Below are positions 9,992-17,881 of a stretch of DNA of 64,000 nucleotides, piece by piece. This DNA comes from a virus. Lineage: Duplodnaviria; Heunggongvirae; Uroviricota; Caudoviricetes; Thumleimavirales; Hafunaviridae. The notes below the pieces were generated by a model. It was not told the origin of the DNA. It did not search any database and worked only from the letters and a program-made list of their open reading frames with translations. Location of the stretch: positions 10,520 through 74,519 of the IMG/VR virus record IMGVR_UViG_2595698612_000001. One strand, written 5' to 3'. Each line of letters begins with the position of its first letter. Position 1 is the stretch's first letter. Position numbers and translations under genes: made by a program.

Positions 9992-10432
9992 ATGATTCAC
10001 GGAATAGCTACTTCTACGGATTTCAAGTCCGGTATTCTACTGGTTGACGTTCAGGTGGCACGAGCGGGGGTAACTTACAAGAACGTGCCCGTTCTCCACC
10101 AGTACCCCGGACACATACAGTCTATCACGGAGGGTTCTCGGGTTGTTCTCGAACAGACCGAGGATAATCTGTGGGTCATTCTCGGAGTCCTCGAAACAGA
10201 TGATACGCTTCTGACTGAGAAGCCTACTGACTACGAGCAGGTGATGAAGTTCGATGATGGGACTGAGATGAGCGTCAAGAAAGCGGAGTCCGGCGACGGA
10301 TACGACGTGAATATCAACGCATCGAGTCAGTTGAACATCAAGGCTTCCGGGGACGTGACGATTGAGACTGATGGACACCTTCAGTTCAAGTCGTCCTCTG
10401 TTGACTTCGATACCTCGGGTGGTTCTGCGTGA
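9992..10432 (+). CDS. baseplate spike protein, gpV-like (146 aa)
   Basis: Small beta-rich protein immediately followed by a PAAR-like gene; position as in P2 V / Mu gp45. Confidence 0.5.
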   Translation: MIHGIATSTDFKSGILLVDVQVARAGVTYKNVPVLHQYPGHIQSITEGSRVVLEQTEDNLWVILGVLETDDTLLTEKPTDYEQVMKFDDGTEMSVKKAESGDGYDVNINASSQLNIKASGDVTIETDGHLQFKSSSVDFDTSGGSA

Positions 10433-10791
10433 GCAAGAAGCTCGCTGTCCACGGTGCGACGTGTGAGGCTGACGGCCACCCTTCGGAGTGCCAAGCGGTC
10501 GTTTCTGGTTCGACGCAGGACGCTGACGGCGATACGTCTGTGACTATCAACGGAGTTCCTATCACAGACCACGGCGACTCGATGCACTTCGACTCTCATG
10601 CTCACGCATATAGCGAAGAAGACGGTTGTATCTCTCTCTCATCCCACGACCTCGTACCCGACGAGTCTCCCTCGTTCACGGTGAACGGTCGGCCCGTCGT
10701 TCGGGTTGGCGATTCTACGAGTGACCCCGGCGCGGGGACGGCTACGGTCGTTGATTCCGGTGGGAACGGAGCGGTAACGCACACGGAATAG
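10429..10791 (+). CDS. PAAR-repeat spike-tip protein (120 aa)
   Basis: GTG start overlaps the upstream TGA. PAAR-like repeats present (INGVPITDHGDS and VNGRPVVRVGDSTSDPG). Cys/His-rich, consistent with metal binding. Confidence 0.55.
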   Translation: MSKKLAVHGATCEADGHPSECQAVVSGSTQDADGDTSVTINGVPITDHGDSMHFDSHAHAYSEEDGCISLSSHDLVPDESPSFTVNGRPVVRVGDSTSDPGAGTATVVDSGGNGAVTHTE

Positions 10792-10855
10792 CTCACATCA
10801 TATATAAACCCTTTACCATTAATAGTAGTAGAGAACGCGCTTCTTCCCCCTTCTC

Positions 10856-11182
10856 ATGCTGGATTTAGCCCTAAATAGTGACTTCTCTGTTTTTCTCAAT
10901 GAGAACGGCGACCTCGGTACGGTAAGCGGGCGCGAGGAGTTCGAGCAGTCGGTTGTGATTCTAATGACCGAGCTAATGCGTAGCTCGGCTATCGGAGAGT
11001 TCGACCAGTCTACGATTGAGCAGAAGCTCAAGCTCGAAGCTACTCGTGTCGCTCGCAAACACGATTTCCTCACGGAGATTGCTAATATCGACGTTTCGCC
11101 GCACAAGGAGAACCCTCACACATACGTTGTTAGTATCGACTATAAATCAGACCGAATTTTCGAGGAAAATATTAGCGGATGA
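10856..11182 (+). CDS. baseplate wedge protein, gpW/gp25-like (108 aa)
   Basis: Pattern DLALNSDFSVFLNENGDLGTVSGREEFEQSVVILMTEL matches the GPW/gp25 signature (DL.L...GDL....G.E...Q.I...L.T..GE). Confidence 0.6.
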   Translation: MLDLALNSDFSVFLNENGDLGTVSGREEFEQSVVILMTELMRSSAIGEFDQSTIEQKLKLEATRVARKHDFLTEIANIDVSPHKENPHTYVVSIDYKSDRIFEENISG

Positions 11183-12414
11183 CGATTTCTCAAGACGGCT
11201 CTTTTGACGGCGACACCGAGGAGGAAATCCTCGATGCGATGATTGCCGACGCGAAGCAGTATTGGTCGGATGACATTAAGGAATCCGAGCTTGCTGTAAT
11301 CAGGCAGTTCTACCGGCCTATCGCTCGGCGTCTCGCACAGGCACAGGACGACATTGGACTTGTCCTCGAATCCACTCAGATTGATAACGCCGAAGGTACG
11401 GCCCTCGGGCTTCTGACGGCGCTTATCGGAGTGAAGCGACAGCCTTCCGTTCGGGCAACCGGAGAAGTCACATTTTCTCGGGAGAATGTCGCAGAGCTTG
11501 ATTACAACATCCCGGCGGGGACGAAAGTTCAGACGGCATCAGAGCCACCGACTGAGTTCGTCACTACGCAGGGTGCGACTATCGAGCAGGGGACTTCGAG
11601 CGCAACCGCTCCGGTTACTGCTATCGAACCCGGTGCTGATGGAAACGTTGGCGCTAACTCGATTACTGTTCTCCCCGTCCCACTCGCAGGTATCGAGACG
11701 GTCACAAATCCGAACGAAACTGTCGGTGGAGAGGACGAGGAGAGCGATGAACAACTCCGCAAGCGTGCGAAGGAGGAGTTAGCGGAGGGTTCGAGCGCGA
11801 CCGCCCCGGCGCTGGTGAGCGCGGTTCAGAACGTGGAGGGCGTCACGTCCGTCAGCATCCTCGTGAACGACACGAAGGACGACAACGGGCGAGGACACAA
11901 CCTCCCGTCTAACTCCGGCGAGCTGGTCGTCACGGGCGGCACGGACGAAGATGTGGCGCAGGCTATCCTCGAAACGAAGGGGATGGATTCGACTCTCGTG
12001 GCAGGAGTAAACGGTGTGGCTGTGACGGGAACTACGGCAAGCCTCCCGAACGGTCAGACCCTCCCGGTTGACTTCTCGCGGGCGAACCCCGTGACCATCT
12101 ACATCGAGGGAGATGTTCAGGTCGATTCCAACTACAAGAGCGACGATGACGTGCTGAACAACATCGTCGAGTATGTCGGCGGGCAGACCGTCGAAGGCTT
12201 CGAGCGCGACGGCAAGCTTGGCGTAACGGACGACGTTCTGTACGGCGAGATTGAGTACCGGATTCGGGAAATCCCCGGCGTGTACGACGTGACCTCCCTC
12301 ACGGTGGACAGGGTTAGTCCCCCGGTCGGGACGAGCAACGTCTCGATTGGCGATATGGAGGAAGCGACGACCGACGCCCGTTCGGACATTACGATTACGA
12401 CGACCGAGGTGTAG
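11179..12414 (+). CDS. baseplate J-like protein (411 aa)
   Basis: Overlapping start (ATGA) with gp25-like gene; size and order W-J-I typical of Mu/P2 baseplates. Confidence 0.55.
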   Translation: MTISQDGSFDGDTEEEILDAMIADAKQYWSDDIKESELAVIRQFYRPIARRLAQAQDDIGLVLESTQIDNAEGTALGLLTALIGVKRQPSVRATGEVTFSRENVAELDYNIPAGTKVQTASEPPTEFVTTQGATIEQGTSSATAPVTAIEPGADGNVGANSITVLPVPLAGIETVTNPNETVGGEDEESDEQLRKRAKEELAEGSSATAPALVSAVQNVEGVTSVSILVNDTKDDNGRGHNLPSNSGELVVTGGTDEDVAQAILETKGMDSTLVAGVNGVAVTGTTASLPNGQTLPVDFSRANPVTIYIEGDVQVDSNYKSDDDVLNNIVEYVGGQTVEGFERDGKLGVTDDVLYGEIEYRIREIPGVYDVTSLTVDRVSPPVGTSNVSIGDMEEATTDARSDITITTTEV

Positions 12415-12418
12415 CTGA

Positions 12419-13072
12419 ATGGCTACGCTTCACGACGAGATTGAGGAACTGGTTGACTCCCTTCCATCCTACTACGGGAATGGGGAGGACTCTGGTAACT
12501 GGAAACTGCTCGATGCGGTTGGCCGCCAAGTTGTAGACCTCGATGGCGACGTAACCGAGGTTGACAGAGAGACGACCGTTCAGGAAGCCCTCGACGTTGA
12601 CTCGCTTGAGGAGCTTGCCGGAATGGTTCAAGTTCAGCGGTACTCCGGTGAGAGCCGCGACCACTACCGGGCGCGGATTATCGCGGAGTATCAGCTCAAC
12701 ACGAGCGAGGGAACCATCGAGGACGTTTTCAACACGATGGCTACCATCCTCGGGTGCGAAGTGGAGGACGTGTGGTTTCAGGACTGGCGGTTCCTCTTTG
12801 GGGAAGTCCACGACCGCACGGTGTGTTTCCTCGTCCCCTACGACGACGTTCAGAACATCGACCTCTCCGGCGAGGATATTTCTGAGGTCGCCCGGAAGCT
12901 CGCGCCGGTCGGGACGACGGTGAAGACTCAGTATAACGGCTCGCTCCGCTACAAGACGAAGGAGGACTTCGAGAGCGGGAACTGGAACGGTTACGAAAAC
13001 GGCTACGACGCTCTTGACTCCGAGGGCAACCCGACCGGAACGGGCGGGACAAAAGGAGGACTGATTCAATAA
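12419..13072 (+). CDS. baseplate/tail protein gpI-like (217 aa)
   Basis: Follows the J-like gene and precedes the fibre genes. Confidence 0.45.
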   Translation: MATLHDEIEELVDSLPSYYGNGEDSGNWKLLDAVGRQVVDLDGDVTEVDRETTVQEALDVDSLEELAGMVQVQRYSGESRDHYRARIIAEYQLNTSEGTIEDVFNTMATILGCEVEDVWFQDWRFLFGEVHDRTVCFLVPYDDVQNIDLSGEDISEVARKLAPVGTTVKTQYNGSLRYKTKEDFESGNWNGYENGYDALDSEGNPTGTGGTKGGLIQ

Positions 13073-14482
13073 ATGGCGTACACTTCTAAGCTAAAGGAAT
13101 GGGGAGCTACCGCTAACGAGCGGGCTGAGTTCCCCGATGGGTACAGGTACACGAAGGAAAACCCGCCCGTCACCCACTACGACAACTTCCTCGTCTACAA
13201 TCTCATCGAGGACGTTCAGCACCTCGTTGACCTCACGAATCTTATCGACCCGGATAACGACGGGCAAGTGGCTGACGCCGAGACGATTCAGGGGAAGTCC
13301 CCTGAACAACTTGGTGGGTTCAAGTTCATTCAGTCGGACAACCCGACTGAGGATACTGCTGGCACGACGTGGTTCAAGAACACGAACCACCTTCTGTTCG
13401 TCGCTGACGGCTCCCGGTATGACGTATTCCCTGAGGTCGGCTATCAGGAATACGACTCGATGAACGCTGACGACCTGACTGTTCTCCACGAGACGGTTCC
13501 TCGGACGAAACTCACCGATGATGGGCGGATTATGCTCATCAACGAGCAGACCGTTGCTGACTTCGAGGATACCTACGAACCAAACCACGACGGGTGGGCG
13601 TGGACGAACGGTACATCGTTCCTTTCTGCTCAGTCTGGAACGGTTCTCTCGGGTACTCAGTCGCTTCAGGTTCAGGCCGCTGGTGAGAGGGCTACGCCCC
13701 ACCTCACGAGGGAAGCTCCGATTATCCAAGACCTCGAAGTGGCGATTCAGGTAGAGTCCGACACCGCGAACATCAACGACTTCGTTGGTATCGAGGTCTT
13801 CAACGGTGAGACTCGGATTCTCCGAATCCAGTATAACGACGGTGACGGCAACGTTCAGCTTGAAACTGGTAGCGGCACTACCGAGTTGATGGCGAGCTGG
13901 AATGTCGGAACAACTCACGCTTACGAGTTCGATTGGGACTTCGGTAACAACCAGTATGACCTCTACATCGACGGGGTTCTCGATGGAACCTACTCGCTGG
14001 AGAGCGCGGCTTCTGGATGGGACGAGTTCCGGGTTGACAATAACGCGGCAAATTCCGGCAACACCCGTAATGTCTACGTTGACGACATTCACACGGGCGC
14101 TCGGGAATACGGTGAGGCACTAATCCGTTGCCCCGACGCGGACGAACGCATCGAGGCGTGGGACTTGGTTCGTCACACCAAGACGCTCGCTGGCGAGTCG
14201 GTAATTCTTGATGTAGAGGACGAGAACGGTACTGTTCTTCTTGCGGATGTTCAGGACAACGAGGACATTAGCGCACACGTTTCGGCTGACGTGAATCCGC
14301 AGTTCCGTGTGAGGATTAGTCGGGAGAACAACGCGAACAATCCATCCTTCGATGCGTTGTTCCGCAGGTGGACGATGCGGCCCGGTGACACGGGAATCTC
14401 GAACAAGGAGAAGGAGGAGTGGAAGTCGATGGATATGAGAGCGAGATACCGCCACACGCGGCTCGCTCGGCGGCAAGCCTAA
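13073..14482 (+). CDS. tail fiber protein (469 aa)
   Basis: Starts 1 nt after upstream stop; beta-rich acidic protein in the fibre position. Confidence 0.45.
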   Translation: MAYTSKLKEWGATANERAEFPDGYRYTKENPPVTHYDNFLVYNLIEDVQHLVDLTNLIDPDNDGQVADAETIQGKSPEQLGGFKFIQSDNPTEDTAGTTWFKNTNHLLFVADGSRYDVFPEVGYQEYDSMNADDLTVLHETVPRTKLTDDGRIMLINEQTVADFEDTYEPNHDGWAWTNGTSFLSAQSGTVLSGTQSLQVQAAGERATPHLTREAPIIQDLEVAIQVESDTANINDFVGIEVFNGETRILRIQYNDGDGNVQLETGSGTTELMASWNVGTTHAYEFDWDFGNNQYDLYIDGVLDGTYSLESAASGWDEFRVDNNAANSGNTRNVYVDDIHTGAREYGEALIRCPDADERIEAWDLVRHTKTLAGESVILDVEDENGTVLLADVQDNEDISAHVSADVNPQFRVRISRENNANNPSFDALFRRWTMRPGDTGISNKEKEEWKSMDMRARYRHTRLARRQA

Positions 14483-14496
14483 TCAATTTCTAAATT

Positions 14497-15702
14497 ATGG
14501 TCAATTACGGAAGTGGACACCTTGGCGACGAAACGATTAGCACGGACGCTACCAAGAATACCCCAATTCTTGAGTACGAAAATCTAACAGTAGAAGAAGG
14601 GGCAACTCTCAGTTTGCCCTCCAGAGTTCGTCTGATGGTTAATGATACTCTTACGGTAAATGGAACCATCAGCGTCTCTAATGATATTTCAGGTTCGGGT
14701 GGAAATGCAAGTGGTGGGGATTCTGGAGGCAACCTCGAACTAATTGCCCGAACCATCGCCGGTACTGGACTAATAGAAGCAGATGGTGATAATGGGGATA
14801 CTGCTAATAACAGGGGAAATCGAAATAACGGCGGAGCTGGTTCTGGATACAGTATCCCGACTACTGGAGCATCGGGTTCTGGAGGTAGCGGTGGTGGAGT
14901 TGGTGCTAATGCGGACTATGATAGTGCAAATGGATGGAATGGCCCAAGAAATGGAGGCGGGGCCGGAAGTCAGCACTCGTCCATCTATAATGATTCAACT
15001 CTGAAGCCGTACCTTGAGGATTACCTTCTCTCGGGAGCATATATTACTCAGAGTCCCATCGACACTATTCTTCCCGGTTCTGGAGGAGCTGGTGGAGGTG
15101 GTGGTGGTGAAGGTCTTGACGACCCCCACTCAAACAACAACTACGCAACTGAGCAAGTAGAAGTTGGTGGAGGTGGAGGTGGTGCTGGTGGCAGTTTCGT
15201 CTCTAAGGGTGGTTCTGGTGGAAATGGACACCACAGACGAGACTACGACCACAATATAATCTCCAACAACACCGACTCCAATAACAACAACACCGGAGGT
15301 AATGCCTACATAAAAGGCGGCGGTGCTGGTGGTGGAGGCGGTGCTGGTGGCTTTATCCTGCTCGTTTCAGAAGAAGTGGGTGAAGGAGTTACCTTCTCTG
15401 CCATTGGCGGTGACGGTGGAGATGGATTCTGGAGTCTTGTTGACGGTCGAAATGTCGAATCTGGTGGAAATTACAGCAACTTCCAGTACGAAGAATCCTC
15501 CCGTGATGGTGGAGGTGGAGGCGGTGGTGCTGGAGGCGTGATTATTGGGTTCGTTGACAAAACGCCTACTATTGAGCTTTCTGGAGGTTCTGCTGGTATT
15601 CCGGGTGGTCAGCGCAGAGATGGTTCCAACTTCAACTCCAATGCTGGTTCCCCCGGCCAAGATGGAATCACGTTCTTCTACGACATTAAGGAGCTAATCT
15701 AA
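14497..15702 (+). CDS. glycine-rich tail fiber / receptor-binding protein (401 aa)
   Basis: Long low-complexity GGAGGGGG tracts separated by short variable segments, typical of distal fibre/adhesin proteins. Confidence 0.5.
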   Translation: MVNYGSGHLGDETISTDATKNTPILEYENLTVEEGATLSLPSRVRLMVNDTLTVNGTISVSNDISGSGGNASGGDSGGNLELIARTIAGTGLIEADGDNGDTANNRGNRNNGGAGSGYSIPTTGASGSGGSGGGVGANADYDSANGWNGPRNGGGAGSQHSSIYNDSTLKPYLEDYLLSGAYITQSPIDTILPGSGGAGGGGGGEGLDDPHSNNNYATEQVEVGGGGGGAGGSFVSKGGSGGNGHHRRDYDHNIISNNTDSNNNNTGGNAYIKGGGAGGGGGAGGFILLVSEEVGEGVTFSAIGGDGGDGFWSLVDGRNVESGGNYSNFQYEESSRDGGGGGGGAGGVIIGFVDKTPTIELSGGSAGIPGGQRRDGSNFNSNAGSPGQDGITFFYDIKELI

Positions 15703-15703
15703 A

Positions 15704-16087
15704 ATGGTTCAAGAAATTACAGTTCTTGTAGTCCCTCCGGGCTACGACGGTAACGATGTGGGCGACCCCCGCATTGACGAAGTTGAAGTTGACCCTGAAG
15801 TCGAGGATGCTTACCTCGACCACCGGATTGTCTCTGATGAGGGTTCCTCGGCAGTTGACCGCGCTCTGGTAAATCGTGAGCGCAAAAATATGGTCGCTGA
15901 TTCAATTCTCGTCTATCAGGAGGAGTCCTCGAAGGAAAATCCTGATGTTCAGGTTCAGCTCGATGCGCTTGAGCAGGCGGTGTCCTATATGTGGGACGTT
16001 GTGAGCGGCGAAGACGTTGGCTCTGAGGCTCAGCGAACTGCTGAAGCGGAAACTGGCGACTCGGTTGACGACTCTACCTCGGCGTAA
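15704..16087 (+). CDS. hypothetical acidic protein (possible fiber assembly factor)
   Basis: Starts 2 nt after the fibre gene stop; 127 aa, extremely acidic. Confidence 0.4.
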   Translation: MVQEITVLVVPPGYDGNDVGDPRIDEVEVDPEVEDAYLDHRIVSDEGSSAVDRALVNRERKNMVADSILVYQEESSKENPDVQVQLDALEQAVSYMWDVVSGEDVGSEAQRTAEAETGDSVDDSTSA

Positions 16088-16108
16088 GCCGGGGTTCTTT
16101 TTCTTTCT

Positions 16109-16600
16109 ATGTTCCCAAGATTTCTACTCGATAGTGACGACGACTGGCAAGAGGGTCTACGTGCGAACCTCTACCCACTCCTGCATCCGTATCTAAAGCC
16201 GTTCGGTGGCTACGCGGTCGGTGAGACGCGACCGAATCAGTACGTCGGGATGTTCGACGAGGATGAGGAAAGCATCGAGGTGGAGTTGGTCGATGTGGGC
16301 TTCCGGCGGAATCCGATTGCGTGTTTCAAGTCTCTCCCCGATGGACGAGAGAGCGAAGGGTCGTGGGTTCTTCTTCCCGAGGACGCTCCCGACCACGTTG
16401 CTCCGGGGATGCAACTTCACGTAACAATGTTCGAGCGAGCTGATGGGCAGAAAGGCCGCGAGTTTTACGCCCACTACGAAGACGATTGGCGCTCGGCTCC
16501 GGTCGCTCATCTCCGCGCAAAGAACTTCAGCGCCGCCGCTGGCGTTGACATTGCGCGGGATTACTTGGACAAGGAGACGTTCCTTGTCCGGCAAGAATAG
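16109..16600 (+). CDS. hypothetical protein (163 aa)
   Basis: Coding-like ORF ending the rightward structural block. Confidence 0.45.
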   Translation: MFPRFLLDSDDDWQEGLRANLYPLLHPYLKPFGGYAVGETRPNQYVGMFDEDEESIEVELVDVGFRRNPIACFKSLPDGRESEGSWVLLPEDAPDHVAPGMQLHVTMFERADGQKGREFYAHYEDDWRSAPVAHLRAKNFSAAAGVDIARDYLDKETFLVRQE

Positions 16601-16615
16601 TAGTTAATCAATCGG

Positions 16616-17452
16616 CTATTTGTCTCCCTCGTGAGGGAGCATCCGCGACCCCGGCTTCGGTTGCCAGCGACGGTCGCGGTACGTGGATACGTGTGAGCTA
16701 AGCTCTGTCTGAGTCCGTTGCTGTTCGAGGGCTTCTTCTTCCGTCATCAGGCGCGAAGTCGCGTCAGTAAGCATCGAATCGCGCTTGAAGGGAATCACCT
16801 GAACGATGGGCGTACCCGCGTCGAGGATTCCCTCGAAGTCACCACCCGTCCACATGAACGGCGCGTTCACGTAGTTGAAGTAATTATCGAGGTCTACGAC
16901 GCCCGAGAACGGAGTGAACTGCTGTCCCGGTCGGTTCATCGGATTAGTGATTAGGGCGGAGTATCCATCTGGAAGTTTCATACACCACCAGTTGTGGAAC
17001 TTGAGGACGGGCCACTCGTGGTTCGGGAACATCTCACCCCCGACTTGATTGAGACTGTGGGATGATACGAGAGTTCTATCAAACTCCCATTCGTACTCTA
17101 CGTACCCCTCATTCGCATTGAACATCACTTCTCCCGCAAGTGGAATAATCCATCCCATCGTCATTGCCTCCATGAATGGAGCGCACCGCTTGACTGTGGA
17201 ACTTGATAGTGCGGGTCGGGTGTTCGTTGAATCTTCGTCGGGTTCTCTGCTAACGTACTGACCAAGTTGCTTGTACCAATCCGGCATCACCTTGTTCGCC
17301 GGAATCGGCTCGGGAATCGCCCCGTACAATTCTTCCTCGGTCACGAACTCGATGAGCTGGTCTTCTTCCGGTTCTTCCTCTGCTGGCGTACCGTCAGGAC
17401 GAACTTTGGTAGAGAGGTCACTAACGGCGCTGGTTACACTCGAAAAATCCAT
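16616..17452 (-). CDS. hypothetical protein (about 279 aa; ATG at 17452, track uses GTG at 17458)
   Basis: Lone leftward gene between the structural block and nrdJ. Its start codon abuts copy i of the composite promoter element. Confidence 0.5.
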   Translation of the reverse strand: MDFSSVTSAVSDLSTKVRPDGTPAEEEPEEDQLIEFVTEEELYGAIPEPIPANKVMPDWYKQLGQYVSREPDEDSTNTRPALSSSTVKRCAPFMEAMTMGWIIPLAGEVMFNANEGYVEYEWEFDRTLVSSHSLNQVGGEMFPNHEWPVLKFHNWWCMKLPDGYSALITNPMNRPGQQFTPFSGVVDLDNYFNYVNAPFMWTGGDFEGILDAGTPIVQVIPFKRDSMLTDATSRLMTEEEALEQQRTQTELSSHVSTYRDRRWQPKPGSRMLPHEGDK

Positions 17453-17455
17453 CTT

Positions 17456-17506
17456 CACTCTAATAGACGTGAGACAAGGACTTAAAGATACCTCTTTGAG
17501 TCTTTA
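17456..17506 (-). promoter_or_regulatory. composite operator/promoter element, copy i (A: CACTCTAATAGACG; B: GACTTAAAGATACC; C: TCTTTGAGTCTTTA)
   Basis: One of six copies of a conserved ~50-bp element made of two palindromic modules. It sits directly upstream of gene 16616..17452. Confidence 0.55.
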
Positions 17507-17518
17507 ACACTCAACAAT

Positions 17519-17647
17519 ATGATACCTGAACTCGCAAACACGCCACCTCTCGTAGCGTGGCTACTCGGATTCTTCATGGCATTGGCACTCAAGCGCGGTC
17601 GAATCGAGCAGATAATTGACCGATTCCTCCCGACAGACGACTAACAC
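17519..17647 (+). CDS. small hydrophobic ORF (42 aa, not in track)
   Basis: MIPELANTPPLVAWLLGFFMALALKRGRIEQIIDRFLPTDD lies between inverted element copies i and ii. Predicted single TM helix. Confidence 0.25.
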
Positions 17648-17649
17648 TC

Positions 17650-17702
17650 TAAGAACAAAGTCGGCATCTTTAAGTCTTTAGTTGCCGTCTATTAGAGTGA
17701 GG
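17650..17702 (+). promoter_or_regulatory. composite operator/promoter element, copy ii (inverted relative to copy i; faces nrdJ)
   Basis: GGCATCTTTAAGTC ... CCGTCTATTAGAGTGAGG. Reverse-complement orientation of copies iii-v. Confidence 0.5.
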
Positions 17703-17744
17703 AGCTTACGACGAAGCGAACCTAACTGGTTCACCTCGAAATCC

Positions 17745-17783
17745 ACCCCACACTACCCAACTCGGTAGTGTGGGGCCTTTTTC
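17745..17783 (+). terminator. perfect 11-bp stem hairpin CCCCACACTAC-N8-GTAGTGTGGGG followed by CCTTTTTCC in the nrdJ leader (attenuator/terminator-like)
   Basis: Seen directly in sequence. Lies between promoter element ii and the nrdJ ATG. Confidence 0.4.
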
Positions 17784-17881
17784 CATCTAACTGATTCACT
17801 TAGTTGAGACTGAGATAGAACAAACACCTCGATGTAGTGAATCACTCTGAGTAGTTCACCTACTATATTACTATACACAAA

